From Microcystaceae cyanobacterium (GTDB lineage Bacteria > Cyanobacteriota > Cyanobacteriia > Cyanobacteriales > Microcystaceae), in NCBI GenBank assembly GCA_041746575.1, contig JBGTGT010000113.1:26017-90016 (forward strand): a DNA stretch of 64,000 nucleotides, read 5' to 3'. The notes below the pieces were generated by a model. The model saw only the letters and a list, made by a program, of their open reading frames with translations, was not told where the DNA came from and searched no databases. The translations under genes were made by a program, and so were the position numbers. Shown here in pieces: positions 51,472 to 61,886 of the stretch (position 1 is the first letter of the stretch; each line of letters opens with the position of its first letter).

Positions 51472-52887
51472 ATGGTACAAACCAAATCCAAAGGGTTTCA
51501 GGCCGGTGTACAAGACTATCGCCTAACCTACTATACGCCCGACTATACCCCTAAAGATACCGATTTGCTAGCTTGCTTTCGGATGACTCCTCAGCCCGGT
51601 GTTCCTCCCGAAGAAGCAGGGGCAGCCGTTGCAGCAGAATCTTCAACCGGGACTTGGACAACAGTTTGGACAGACAACTTAACGGACTTAGACCGTTATA
51701 AAGGTCGTTGTTATGATCTCGAACCCGTTCCCAACGAAGATAACCAATATTTTGCCTTTATTGCTTATCCTTTAGACTTATTTGAAGAAGGATCTGTTAC
51801 AAACGTTCTTACCTCTTTAGTCGGTAACGTTTTCGGATTTAAAGCCTTAAGAGCATTACGTTTAGAAGATATTCGCTTCCCTGTTGCTCTCATCAAGACC
51901 TTCCCCGGACCTCCCCACGGTATTACTGTAGAACGGGATAAATTAAATAAATATGGTCGTCCGTTACTCGGTTGTACCATTAAACCCAAACTCGGTTTAT
52001 CCGCAAAAAACTATGGACGGGCAGTCTATGAGTGTCTTCGCGGTGGCTTAGACTTCACCAAAGATGACGAAAACATCAACTCTCAGCCTTTCATGCGTTG
52101 GCGCGATCGTTTTCTCTTCGTACAAGAGGCGATTGTAAAATCTCAAGCAGAAACCAACGAAGTTAAAGGTCATTACCTCAACGTAACGGCTGGAACTTGC
52201 GAAGAAATGCTCAAACGGGCAGAATTCGCCAAAGAAATTGGGACTCCCATCATCATGCACGACTTCTTAACAGGCGGTTTCACGGCGAACACCACCTTAG
52301 CGAAGTACTGTCGGGATAATGGCTTATTACTGCACATTCACCGAGCAATGCACGCGGTAATCGACCGTCAGAAAAACCACGGGATTCACTTCCGCGTCTT
52401 AGCAAAATGTCTGCGTCTCTCTGGGGGAGATCACCTGCACTCTGGAACAGTGGTCGGTAAACTTGAAGGGGAACGAGGTATCACCATGGGCTTCGTTGAC
52501 CTCATGCGGGAAGATTACGTTGAAGAAGACCGTTCTCGCGGGATTTTCTTCACCCAAGACTATGCTTCTATGCCTGGCACCATGCCGGTTGCTTCTGGCG
52601 GGATTCACGTATGGCATATGCCCGCGCTGGTGGAAATCTTCGGTGACGACTCCTGCCTACAGTTTGGGGGTGGTACCTTAGGACACCCTTGGGGGAATGC
52701 ACCCGGTGCAACCGCAAACCGAGTTGCCCTTGAAGCGTGTATTCAAGCCCGTAACGAAGGCCGTAGCTTAGCTCGTGAAGGAAACGAAGTCATTCGCGAA
52801 GCGGCTCGTTGGTCTCCTGAATTGGCGGCCGCCTGTGAACTGTGGAAAGAAATTAAGTTCGAGTTCGAGGCAATGGATACCCTGTAA
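51472..52887 (+). CDS. rbcL: RuBisCO large subunit, form IB
   Basis: [30 protein letters not shown]. Confidence 0.99.
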   Translation: MVQTKSKGFQAGVQDYRLTYYTPDYTPKDTDLLACFRMTPQPGVPPEEAGAAVAAESSTGTWTTVWTDNLTDLDRYKGRCYDLEPVPNEDNQYFAFIAYPLDLFEEGSVTNVLTSLVGNVFGFKALRALRLEDIRFPVALIKTFPGPPHGITVERDKLNKYGRPLLGCTIKPKLGLSAKNYGRAVYECLRGGLDFTKDDENINSQPFMRWRDRFLFVQEAIVKSQAETNEVKGHYLNVTAGTCEEMLKRAEFAKEIGTPIIMHDFLTGGFTANTTLAKYCRDNGLLLHIHRAMHAVIDRQKNHGIHFRVLAKCLRLSGGDHLHSGTVVGKLEGERGITMGFVDLMREDYVEEDRSRGIFFTQDYASMPGTMPVASGGIHVWHMPALVEIFGDDSCLQFGGGTLGHPWGNAPGATANRVALEACIQARNEGRSLAREGNEVIREAARWSPELAAACELWKEIKFEFEAMDTL

Positions 52888-52897
52888 ATTGGGAAAA

Positions 52898-53046
52898 CAG
52901 TTATCAGTGCTGCCAAAGGCACGGCGTAGCCGCCCAGTAAAACGTCAATGGTTATTGCTTAATGAGTGCAATTTACGAATTTACTCATAACAAACCACTG
53001 ATAACTGACTAGATGGAAGATTTTGCGCCTCTAGCACTGATAACTG
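52898..53046. repeat. One arm with two downstream inverted copies in the rbcL-rbcX spacer
   Basis: CAGTTATCAGTGCT 52898-52911; CACTGATAACTG 52996-53007; AGCACTGATAACTG 53033-53046. Confidence 0.85.
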
Positions 53047-53052
53047 AAACCT

Positions 53053-53436
53053 ATGTATCCTAAAAAAATCGCCCAAGATACGGCTCATGTTCTTCAAAGC
53101 TACTTGACTTATCAAGCGGTTCGCACCATTATCGACCAACTGTCGGAAACCAACCCCAATCAGTCTCTCTGGTTACGTCAATATTTGGCTTCCCACAATG
53201 TGCAGCAGGGAGAATTCTTCTTAGAGGGACTGATGGGAAACAACAAAGAGCTATTGTTGCGAATTTTGACAGTGCGAGAGCATATTGCTGAAGAAATACT
53301 CGATTTTCTGCCAGAAATGGTGCGTAGTGGCATTAGTCAAGCGAATATAGAACATCGTCGCCAGTTATTGGAAAGACTGACTCAATCTCCCTCCGTTTCT
53401 ACGGAATCGGATGCGGATGACACCCAAGTTTCTTGA
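53053..53436 (+). CDS. rbcX: RuBisCO assembly chaperone
   Basis: [33 protein letters not shown]; lies between rbcL and rbcS. Confidence 0.96.
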   Translation: MYPKKIAQDTAHVLQSYLTYQAVRTIIDQLSETNPNQSLWLRQYLASHNVQQGEFFLEGLMGNNKELLLRILTVREHIAEEILDFLPEMVRSGISQANIEHRRQLLERLTQSPSVSTESDADDTQVS

Positions 53437-53470
53437 ATCAATTCATCAACCATCAAGGAAAATCAGACCC

Positions 53471-53809
53471 ATGAAAACTTTACCGAAAGAGCGTCGTTAC
53501 GAAACCCTGTCTTATTTACCCCCTTTAACTGACCAACAAATTGCTAAACAAGTTCAGTATCTTTTAGATCAAGGCTTTATCCCCGGTGTTGAATTTGAAG
53601 AAGAACCCCAACCCGATACCCACTTCTGGACGATGTGGAAATTGCCTTTATTTAGTGCTTCTTCGTCTCAAGAAGTGATCGCAGAAGTGCGGGAATGTCG
53701 GTCTGAATATCCTAATGCTTACATTCGGGTAATTGGTTTTGACAACATTAAACAATGTCAAACCGTGAGCTTTATTGTTCACAAACCGAATACAGGTAAT
53801 CGCTATTAA
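53471..53809 (+). CDS. rbcS: RuBisCO small subunit
   Basis: [37 protein letters not shown]; true start at 53471. Confidence 0.98.
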   Translation: MKTLPKERRYETLSYLPPLTDQQIAKQVQYLLDQGFIPGVEFEEEPQPDTHFWTMWKLPLFSASSSQEVIAEVRECRSEYPNAYIRVIGFDNIKQCQTVSFIVHKPNTGNRY

Positions 53810-53834
53810 GATTCACTTTAATTAACAGATAGTC

Positions 53835-53870
53835 AGCACGGGGGATCATTTCTCTCGTGTTTTTCTTTTT
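53835..53870 (+). terminator. Intrinsic terminator after rbcS
   Basis: agcacggggga-tcatt-tctctcgtgtt stem (with GU pairs) followed by a T-rich tract. Confidence 0.75.
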
Positions 53871-54047
53871 TAACCTTATTTGAAAATGCCCCCCAAAAAA
53901 TGAAGTTAAATAGACATTATTACGCCCCTTTTAAAGACGACTGGAGTATCATCTAATCCATAATCGCTAAAACGATAGTCGCTTAAGGGTTCTGTCAAAA
54001 ATGATAAAAATTGATATACTTTAAGAGCTTAACCCCTTAAAATTCTT

Positions 54048-55037
54048 ATGAATACCGTTGACTATTTACGAATAAGTTTGATAGACCGCTGTAACTTTCG
54101 CTGTCAATATTGTATGCCAGAAGGGGAAGAATTAAACTATATTTTACAGCAAAATCTTTTGACGTTTAAAGAAATTCTGATTTTATTACAAGAAGTCTTT
54201 ATTCCTCTTGGATTTTGTAAGTTTCGCTTAACAGGAGGTGAACCCTTACTGCGTCCCCGAATTGTCGAACTGATTAAAGATATCGCTTCACTGCCGCAAA
54301 CAAAAGATTTATCTTTAACAACCAATGGCTATTTTTTGGCAGAATTAGGACAAGACTTATACAATGCTGGACTGAGGCGCGTCAATATCAGCTTAGATTC
54401 CTTAAATTCTCAAACTTTTAGCAAAATTGCCGGAAATCGAAGTCAAAATCTTTGGGAAAGAACATGGCAAGGCATTCAAGTGGCGCATCAAGTGGGGTTT
54501 AATCCTTTAAAATTAAATGTGGTGGTGATTCCGGGAGTAAATGAGCACGAAGTTGAAAATTTAGCCGCTTTAACCCTCGAAAAAGAGTGGCACGTCCGTT
54601 TTATTGAATTTATGCCGATTGGCAATAATTCTCTTTTTGTAGATAAAGCATGGATTCCTTCAGAAGAATTACGTTGCCGCATTCGTCGAAAATGGGGATT
54701 AACGGAGTCAAACGTCAGCGGAAATGGCCCCGCCGATGTCTTTCAAATTCCTGACGCAAAAGGGACAATTGGTTTTATTAGTCAGATGTCGGAATGTTTC
54801 TGCGATCGCTGTAATCGCATGAGATTATCGGCAGATGGCTGGTTAAGACCGTGTTTATTAAATGAAACAGGACAAATTGACTTAAAATCGGCTTTGAGAC
54901 AAGGGATATCACCAGAGATACTAAGGGATAAAGTCAGTTATTTATTAAGGATGAAACCAGAGATTAACTATAAAGACCGAAATTCAGGTACAGAAAACGG
55001 GAATTATCGCCGTACAATGTCACAAATTGGCGGATAG
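54048..55037 (+). CDS. moaA: GTP 3',8-cyclase
   Basis: [47 protein letters not shown]-terminus. Confidence 0.96.
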   Translation: MNTVDYLRISLIDRCNFRCQYCMPEGEELNYILQQNLLTFKEILILLQEVFIPLGFCKFRLTGGEPLLRPRIVELIKDIASLPQTKDLSLTTNGYFLAELGQDLYNAGLRRVNISLDSLNSQTFSKIAGNRSQNLWERTWQGIQVAHQVGFNPLKLNVVVIPGVNEHEVENLAALTLEKEWHVRFIEFMPIGNNSLFVDKAWIPSEELRCRIRRKWGLTESNVSGNGPADVFQIPDAKGTIGFISQMSECFCDRCNRMRLSADGWLRPCLLNETGQIDLKSALRQGISPEILRDKVSYLLRMKPEINYKDRNSGTENGNYRRTMSQIGG

Positions 55038-55121
55038 TATTTGATAAGGAGAGAAAGTTTCAAGATAACCGATTCATGATATTTAATTTAAGTAGTAAGT
55101 CCTGTGATAGCTTAAACTGTT

Positions 55122-55736
55122 ATGAATCCTGATATTGAAATTCGCCGATTACTGGATGTTTTGCCCGCTTCGGGACGAATGTTCACTAAAATAACCAGTA
55201 AGCCCCAACAATCGAAAGTTATCGATGCTCCTTTTCCTGTTCCTTGGCAAAAACCCCAACGTCCCATTTACGTCAATTTTGACCTCTGGAGGCAATTACC
55301 CCAAGGACAAAGAGATTTAGTCATGCTAAGAACGGCCAGTTATTTGACCAATGTAACGTGGTTTAAACTGAATATTTATCAAGGAGGAGCGTTAATCGGT
55401 TTAGTCGGCATGACTGCAGAACTGTTGCAAGGTGACTTAGTAGGGGTATTGGTAGCGACAGGGTTAACCACCATTGCTGTCAATCGAGTCTGGCGAGAAA
55501 ATCGTAGTGTTCAACGAGACATTGATGCCGATGAAGAAGCGATTAAAGTTGCCCTGAGACGGGGTTATACGGAGGCTGATGCAGCAAAACAATTGTTAAA
55601 TGGCATAGAATCCGTTGCCAATTTAGAAGGACGTTCTGTCCTCAATTTTACCGAGTTAATTCGTTTCCAACATCTTAAATCTTTAGCGAATTTATCCCCT
55701 GTGGGTATACCCGATAGTGTAAAAATGTATGAGTGA
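55122..55736 (+). CDS. DUF3318-like cyanobacterial membrane protein
   Basis: EIRRLLDVLPASGRM, NFDLW, ADEEA..VALRRGY. Confidence 0.8.
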   Translation: MNPDIEIRRLLDVLPASGRMFTKITSKPQQSKVIDAPFPVPWQKPQRPIYVNFDLWRQLPQGQRDLVMLRTASYLTNVTWFKLNIYQGGALIGLVGMTAELLQGDLVGVLVATGLTTIAVNRVWRENRSVQRDIDADEEAIKVALRRGYTEADAAKQLLNGIESVANLEGRSVLNFTELIRFQHLKSLANLSPVGIPDSVKMYE

Positions 55737-55855
55737 TAGTGATGAATAATTAATGACTCAGTTATCCGTCAACGTTCTCTACTTATTCTAAGTTCAACTT
55801 ATTAATATATTCCGCTAGAAATTCATCGTCGGTCGAAGCAGATGAACTTTTACGG

Positions 55856-56629
55856 CTACTTAATATTTACTTTTTTTGCAGAGTTGGGTAAAGCGATAAT
55901 AATGATTAATAAAATGCCTAATCCTAAAGCCAGAAGAGCGATATTATTTTGATACCCATACTTAGCCACAATAGCCCCTAATGTCCACACCACAACACCA
56001 GCGTAAATTCGATCATTTCTTTGAATTCTCATAAAAATAGCGATTAAAGTCGCAATTACTAGCAAAATCCCCGTCCATATTGGTGGAGAAATCCCCCCCC
56101 CATTCCAACCCAGATAATCTAAAGCGGAGGCGATATTCGTAATCGTAGCTACACTAATCCAACCTAAATAAAGACTAATGGGATAATAAATAAACCACCG
56201 TTGAGACGTAGGAATAGGCACAAGATTGATGGCTAATTTTTGATATAAAAGCATGAGGGAAATTAAGATTCCAATCATTGCTAAAACTGAGAGTGAAAAG
56301 AAACGAAACTGAAATAAAAATACCCAAATAATTTGGATAAAACTGCTAATTGCCAGAAAGTAACCTATGTTTTCAATAAGGGAATTCTCCTGATTTTTGG
56401 GTAAGACACTGTAAATTCCTAGGCTAATTAACCCTAAATAAATTAATCCCCAAATCGCAAAGGCATAATTTGCGGGAATAATTAAGACATCGGCAAAAAA
56501 AGTGCTAGAGATTTCCCCAATGGATAATCCGGTTAACGGTGCAATATTTGCCCAGATATTCATTGCAAAAGCGGCAAGGATTGCGATCAAATTCGTCCAA
56601 GATTGCAGTCTTATTGCAGAAGCTTTCAT
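55856..56629 (-). CDS. Tryptophan-rich sensory (TspO-like) membrane protein
   Basis: PANYAFAIWGLIY and SLYLGWISVAT..N; multiple TM helices. Confidence 0.75.
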   Translation of the reverse strand: MKASAIRLQSWTNLIAILAAFAMNIWANIAPLTGLSIGEISSTFFADVLIIPANYAFAIWGLIYLGLISLGIYSVLPKNQENSLIENIGYFLAISSFIQIIWVFLFQFRFFSLSVLAMIGILISLMLLYQKLAINLVPIPTSQRWFIYYPISLYLGWISVATITNIASALDYLGWNGGGISPPIWTGILLVIATLIAIFMRIQRNDRIYAGVVVWTLGAIVAKYGYQNNIALLALGLGILLIIIIALPNSAKKVNIK

Positions 56630-56736
56630 AAACAGACTCGGAGTAGATTCAAAAAACGAATACGTCTACGCTAACATCAAAAAAGAAGGAAAACATGGGT
56701 AGAAAGGATGAAAATATTTTGCTATTCTAGTCATTA

Positions 56737-57111
56737 GGAAAGCGTTGGCGTCGGGGTTGCGGATTCAACGTTGGATTGAATCTGAGGAAAGTCCGGACTC
56801 CCAAAAGACCAAACGGCTGGGTAATTCCCAGTATTCGTAAGGATGAGGAAAGTGCCACAGAAAAATACCGCCTTTTTTGGTCATTAATGATCATTGGAAA
56901 GGGTAAGGGTGCAAAGGTGACGGTAAGAGCGCACCAGTAGTATCGAGAGATACTAGCTCGGTAAACCCCCGTTGGGAGCAAGGTCGCAGAGAGAACGGTT
57001 GGTCTTGCATACCTCTCTCGTTATAGGTGAACCGCCTAAGGTGTTTGGTAACAAACGTCTCAGATAGATAACCCCCATTGAACAGAATCCGGCTTATGTC
57101 CAACGCTTTCC
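56737..57111 (+). ncRNA. rnpB: RNase P RNA, type A
   Basis: P1 GGAAAGCGTTGG/CCAACGCTTTCC; GAGGAAAGTCCGG, AGTGCCACAGAAA, GGTAAACCCC and ACAGAATCCGGCTTA conserved blocks; TGCTATTCT -10 at 56720-56728. Confidence 0.97.
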
Positions 57112-57255
57112 AATTTACTCATAAAAATTATTATACTTTTATAAAATTTCAAGAAGATTACCAATGAAAAATAATAAAAGTGAATCAATAAAGTAAAACG
57201 ATCATTGCTATGATAAACATAAAAAATTTTTAAGTTCAATAAATTATAAATCGAT

Positions 57256-57993
57256 ATGATGATACCGAAAAAAAGACAGCAAGAACTCCAGAAGCTTATT
57301 CAAGAATTAAGTTTAGAATCTACCCAAATTGACTGGAACTTGCTTAATTTAGCTCTTACTCATCCGAGCCTTTCAACTACTCATAATTATCAACAACTTG
57401 AATTTATCGGAGATTCTGTTGTTCGCCTTATTGCCGCCGAAATTTTAAGGGAAAATTATCCCGATGAATCCGTCGGAGAATTTGCCGCTATTCGTTCAAT
57501 AATGGTGAGCGATCGCACCTTAGCAGAATTCGCTGAGCGATTGGATTTGGAGAATTATTTGTTACAGTCAGAGGTATCTGCTAAAGACGAAAACGGCAGA
57601 ATTTCAAGGCTTGCAGATGGCTTTGAAGGGGTTTTAGGGGCATTATATTTAAGTATTCACAACATGAATTTGATTCGTCCTTGGTTAGATAAATTATTGA
57701 TACAAAAAGCAGAAGAAATTCGTCAAGATCCTGCTCGCCAAAATTATAAAGATGCTCTACAAGAATGGACACAAAGAAAATATAAATGTTTACCTCAATA
57801 CCAAGTTAAAGCAGTTGAGCCAATTCTCAATTCTGAAGAAAGATTCATTTCAGAAGTATGGCTAAATCAGCAAAGATTAGGAGTGGGGAAAGGACGAACT
57901 AAAAAAGCCGCAGAACAGGCGGCTGCTAAAGAGGCTTTTTTACAGCAAAATAAAAACAATGCAGAAGAAATAAATAAAACTTTATCTCACTAA
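57256..57993 (+). CDS. rnc: Ribonuclease III
   Basis: ALTHPS, QQLEFIGDSV, ADGFEGVLGALY, dsRBD (YKDALQEWTQ..KKAAEQAAA). Confidence 0.93.
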   Translation: MMIPKKRQQELQKLIQELSLESTQIDWNLLNLALTHPSLSTTHNYQQLEFIGDSVVRLIAAEILRENYPDESVGEFAAIRSIMVSDRTLAEFAERLDLENYLLQSEVSAKDENGRISRLADGFEGVLGALYLSIHNMNLIRPWLDKLLIQKAEEIRQDPARQNYKDALQEWTQRKYKCLPQYQVKAVEPILNSEERFISEVWLNQQRLGVGKGRTKKAAEQAAAKEAFLQQNKNNAEEINKTLSH

Positions 57994-58050
57994 AAGAGTA
58001 GAATCAATACAATTAAGCGTGTATCTTTTGACGGCTTATCGGCGTAAGAT

Positions 58051-59667
58051 TTGAAAACAATTCTTTATTTTTTTATTGCGTTAGGCACACTGTTGCGCTT
58101 TCTTTTTATTGATCATCGAGAGCTTTGGTATGATGAGATTCTTTCCCTTGCTCTCGTAACAGGACAAAAACACCTTTATAGCACTCCCCCCGATATTCCC
58201 ATTTCTTTATCTCAATATCTTCCTATTTTAACGCTTTCTCCTCAAGATAGCTTAAGCGCAATCATTCAAGTTTTAAAAGGGATTTTAGCAGAACCCCATC
58301 CCCCTTTATTTTTTCTGTTGCAACATTTTTGGTTACGTTGGTGGGGTAATAGTGAACAAGCGATGCGAAGTTTACCCCTGCTTTTCAGTTTAAGTACGAT
58401 AGCGTTGGCTTACGCTTTGGGGCGTACTGTAATGAATCATCGAGGAGGATTAATTTTTTCTGCTTTAATGGCATTAAATCCCTTTTTTTTCTTTCATTCT
58501 CTTAATGTTCGAATGTATGTTGCGTTAATATTTTGGGTAACATTAGCATCAGGATGTTTAGTGAAATTGATCAATATTGGACAAGAAGAAAATAATAAAA
58601 TAAGGTTTATTTTGGAGAATATTGGCTTTATTATCGCAGTAACGGCAGGAATATACACATTTTATCCCGTGATTTATTGGATGATAGCTGCAGGGCTATT
58701 AATTTTCTGGTGCGATCGCTCTCATTGGTGGCAATATGGATTAAGGTTTACCCTTTCCTTCCTTTTTTTGATCCCTTGGATAGGGTGGGGATTGAGTAAA
58801 CAAGTCCAAAACGCAGACTTTAATCGATTTAATGCGTCTGGGGGCTTTATTCCCTCATTGAGCGAACATTTCCAAGGATTCATTGAAACAATAGGGATTC
58901 AGCTTTTACTAGGGGATACCGTCACAAGTTTCTCTTTGAGCGGAAGATTGAGCGCAGGAATATTAAGTATTGTCGGTTTAATGATGGCGATTGTTCTTTT
59001 GTATCGCAAAAAGATATATCGTCCTTTAATTATTGCTGTATGTTTAGGAATTGTTCCTCTATTGATTGCATTTTTAGCTGATATTTTAACCGGCAAATTT
59101 ACCCTTGGATTTGGTTGGGGAAGGTCAGTCAGTTTTAGTTTACCCGGTTTATTATTATTATTATCTATTGCCATCGAAAAAGGTTTAGATAAACAAAAAA
59201 ATGCTATTATTTTAATTATTTTAAATCTTTATTTAATGATTAATGTCGCAGATTTTGCCTTACGCCCTCGTCAAGTTTTTCATCAATTATCTGCTTTAAT
59301 TGACCCTCAAGGTTCTACTCTTCTTGTAATGAATTCCCAAGCATGGGGTCATGTTTTACGTTTAGCTTATTATTTACCGCAAAATCGTCAGATTGATTTA
59401 TTAGCGCAATCGAGTGCCAACTTACCCTTAAAATTACAAGAATTAAGCTTAGAACAACTTAATAACTATAATAAAGTGATTTGGTTAGATAGTGCTAGGC
59501 CGGTTTGGCAAGCTCCCAAAACAGTAGAAGAAAAAGTAATCTATCAACAACAAATGAAACGTTTTCTCAATCAAAATTTAATCTTGGAACAGCAACAAGT
59601 CGTTACTGGAACATGGACATTAGACCACTTTATGATTAACGTTTACCAAACAATTAATAATCAATAA
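58051..59667 (+). CDS. GT-C fold membrane glycosyltransferase (GT39/PMT-like)
   Basis: LWYDE, HPPLFF, RSLP, VRMY; many TM segments; TTG start uncertain. Confidence 0.8.
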   Translation: MKTILYFFIALGTLLRFLFIDHRELWYDEILSLALVTGQKHLYSTPPDIPISLSQYLPILTLSPQDSLSAIIQVLKGILAEPHPPLFFLLQHFWLRWWGNSEQAMRSLPLLFSLSTIALAYALGRTVMNHRGGLIFSALMALNPFFFFHSLNVRMYVALIFWVTLASGCLVKLINIGQEENNKIRFILENIGFIIAVTAGIYTFYPVIYWMIAAGLLIFWCDRSHWWQYGLRFTLSFLFLIPWIGWGLSKQVQNADFNRFNASGGFIPSLSEHFQGFIETIGIQLLLGDTVTSFSLSGRLSAGILSIVGLMMAIVLLYRKKIYRPLIIAVCLGIVPLLIAFLADILTGKFTLGFGWGRSVSFSLPGLLLLLSIAIEKGLDKQKNAIILIILNLYLMINVADFALRPRQVFHQLSALIDPQGSTLLVMNSQAWGHVLRLAYYLPQNRQIDLLAQSSANLPLKLQELSLEQLNNYNKVIWLDSARPVWQAPKTVEEKVIYQQQMKRFLNQNLILEQQQVVTGTWTLDHFMINVYQTINNQ

Positions 59668-59778
59668 TGACAAAGTTTCTTAAAAATGATGGGTTTTAAA
59701 AATAAAGGGGAATACTAACCTTTAAGAAATCTCTCAAAATTTCTTGTTTAATGTATCATTTGGGGAGGATAACCACCT

Positions 59779-61764
59779 ATGTCTCTCGCACAAGGTTTAC
59801 AAGCCTTTAAAGAACAAAAATTTGACGAAGCCATCGAATTATTAAGTCAATACTGTCAGGATGCAACCCATAAAGACAGTGCAGAATACAGTCAGGCACA
59901 AATGGCCTTAGCCAAAGCGTATCATAGCAAGGGACAGATTGAGGAAGCGATCGCCCTTTGTCAAATCCTGAAAAATCATTTGGATTCCCAAGTAAACCTC
60001 TGGGCAACTGAATACGAAAAACGGTTAAAAGCCGCTCAAACCCAATCAGCATCCCCCCATCCTGACCTTTTGGCTAAAGCCGGACGAGCCACCCAAACAG
60101 GGGTAAAATTAGCCATGAGAGGCATTGCTAGTAGTTTAGCTCTTGCTTCTATGGTTACTATTTCTCTTCTCTTCGGCATGATCTTTGTTCTGAGTCTTTC
60201 TTTGATATTTATCATTAAAACAGACAATCCCAGTCAAGGATTAGGAATAGCGTTAATTGTCACTCTCATCTTTAGTGGGATATCTTTTTTCCTGTCTCCC
60301 CTCATTATGGATATTGTGCAGAATGCTTTGTACGGAACAAGTTGGATATCCCTTGAAACCTTACGTCAATCCAGTCCTGAAAGCGCAGACGTGATTGAGC
60401 GGGTGTGCCAGCAAAGACAGATTGCCCCCCCTCGTTTAGGCATTATTCCAGACGAAAATCCGACAGCTTTTACCTATGGTTCGTTACCTGATACTGCCCG
60501 ATTAGTGGTGAGTCAAGGGTTATTTACCTATCTCGATGAGGATGAAGTCGCCACCGTTTATGCCCATGAATTAGGCCATATCGTCCATTGGGACTTTGCG
60601 ATTATGACTTTAGCATCGACTCTGGTGCAGATTTTGTACTTAATTTATAGCTTCGTAAGACGAATGAGTCGGCAAAGTGGGGACAAAGCCAAAAGCTTTT
60701 TGATGAATATAGCAATTACAGCTTATGCTTTTTACTTAATGGGTACCTATCTTATTCTCTATCTTTCCCGTACTCGGGAATACTATGCCGATCATTTTGC
60801 GGCCGAAACCACGGGTAATCCCAATGGATTATCACGGGCATTAGTTAAAATTGCTTACGGCATTGTGGAAGAAAGCGACAAAACGAAAGAACCCAGTCCA
60901 TTAATTCAAGGAACGCGGGCTTTAGGCATTTATGACCCAAAAGGGGCGGCATCTACGGGTGTCGCTTATCGTATGGCCTCCGATAGCTATCAAGTTGGAC
61001 GTATCTTTTTATGGGATATTTTTAATCCTTGGGGGTGGTGGATGGAACTTAATTCGACCCATCCCTTAACGGGTAAGCGAATTCGGGCATTAACCACTTA
61101 TGCAGAGCAAATGGGACTAAAAACCGAGTTTGACATGGCTAGAGTCGTTAAGGATGGTAAATACCTTAATAAAAAGCGGCTTTACGGTACTTTTATCGTA
61201 GATTTGTTGGTGATGAATAGTCAATGGGTTGGGGCTTTAATGGGATTACTGATTGGGATAATTTTAGCGAGTATTTTTCGTTATTCCTTATTATCCTTTA
61301 GTTTTGCACTGTGGGGATTTGCGATCGCTACTTTCCTTAAATCGTTCGTCATGTATCCTGATTTTCATCAAGCTGAACCGGCGAATATTCTAACCTTGAT
61401 GGGTGACCCCTATGCCAGTCCTTTGCGAGGAAAACCGATTCATCTTAAAGGGAAATTAATCGGTCGAGGGGATGCTGGATATCGTTTTGGGTCAGAATTA
61501 AAGCTTCAGGATGCAACAGGTATGATTTTTGTGCGCTATGCTTCTCGTTTGGGGGCTTTAGGTAACTTTTTCTTTGGTGCATCTCAAGTTCCCGGCTTAA
61601 TCGGTGCAGAGGTTAAAGTCGTCGGATGGTTTCGTCGAGGGATTATGCCTTGGATGGATTTGGCGCAACTTCGCTCGAATCGGGGCGATGTCGAAAGTTA
61701 TCCTCGATTTTCCATGATGTTAATGGGAATTGGTGCGATTATTCTAGGGTTGGTCATTCTTTGA
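59779..61764 (+). CDS. HtpX-like M48 zinc metalloprotease with N-terminal TPR
   Basis: PTAFTYG, AHELGH, LSRTREYYAD, STHP; TPR-like N-terminus. Confidence 0.9.
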   Translation: MSLAQGLQAFKEQKFDEAIELLSQYCQDATHKDSAEYSQAQMALAKAYHSKGQIEEAIALCQILKNHLDSQVNLWATEYEKRLKAAQTQSASPHPDLLAKAGRATQTGVKLAMRGIASSLALASMVTISLLFGMIFVLSLSLIFIIKTDNPSQGLGIALIVTLIFSGISFFLSPLIMDIVQNALYGTSWISLETLRQSSPESADVIERVCQQRQIAPPRLGIIPDENPTAFTYGSLPDTARLVVSQGLFTYLDEDEVATVYAHELGHIVHWDFAIMTLASTLVQILYLIYSFVRRMSRQSGDKAKSFLMNIAITAYAFYLMGTYLILYLSRTREYYADHFAAETTGNPNGLSRALVKIAYGIVEESDKTKEPSPLIQGTRALGIYDPKGAASTGVAYRMASDSYQVGRIFLWDIFNPWGWWMELNSTHPLTGKRIRALTTYAEQMGLKTEFDMARVVKDGKYLNKKRLYGTFIVDLLVMNSQWVGALMGLLIGIILASIFRYSLLSFSFALWGFAIATFLKSFVMYPDFHQAEPANILTLMGDPYASPLRGKPIHLKGKLIGRGDAGYRFGSELKLQDATGMIFVRYASRLGALGNFFFGASQVPGLIGAEVKVVGWFRRGIMPWMDLAQLRSNRGDVESYPRFSMMLMGIGAIILGLVIL

Positions 61765-61809
61765 TCAAAAATATAGCAGTTTGCGACTCTGTGGGTTACA
61801 CTCTTGACG

Positions 61810-61832
61810 GTAGGGGCGCAAACCTCGCCCCC
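61810..61832 (+). repeat. GTAG-type REP-like palindrome
   Basis: GTAGGGGCG-CAAACCT-CGCCCCC between convergent genes. Confidence 0.55.
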
Positions 61833-61886
61833 CAGATGGACTATAGAAAGTATGGGTGCATACTGTGGTCAATTAACAAAAATTAT

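Noticed and set aside
53411..53470. N-terminal extension on RbcS in the ORF track
   Set aside because: Overlaps rbcX; the canonical MKTLPKE start with an AAGGA SD is at 53471
56727..57103. Minus-strand ORFs of 84 and 70 aa
   Set aside because: They are antisense shadows of rnpB
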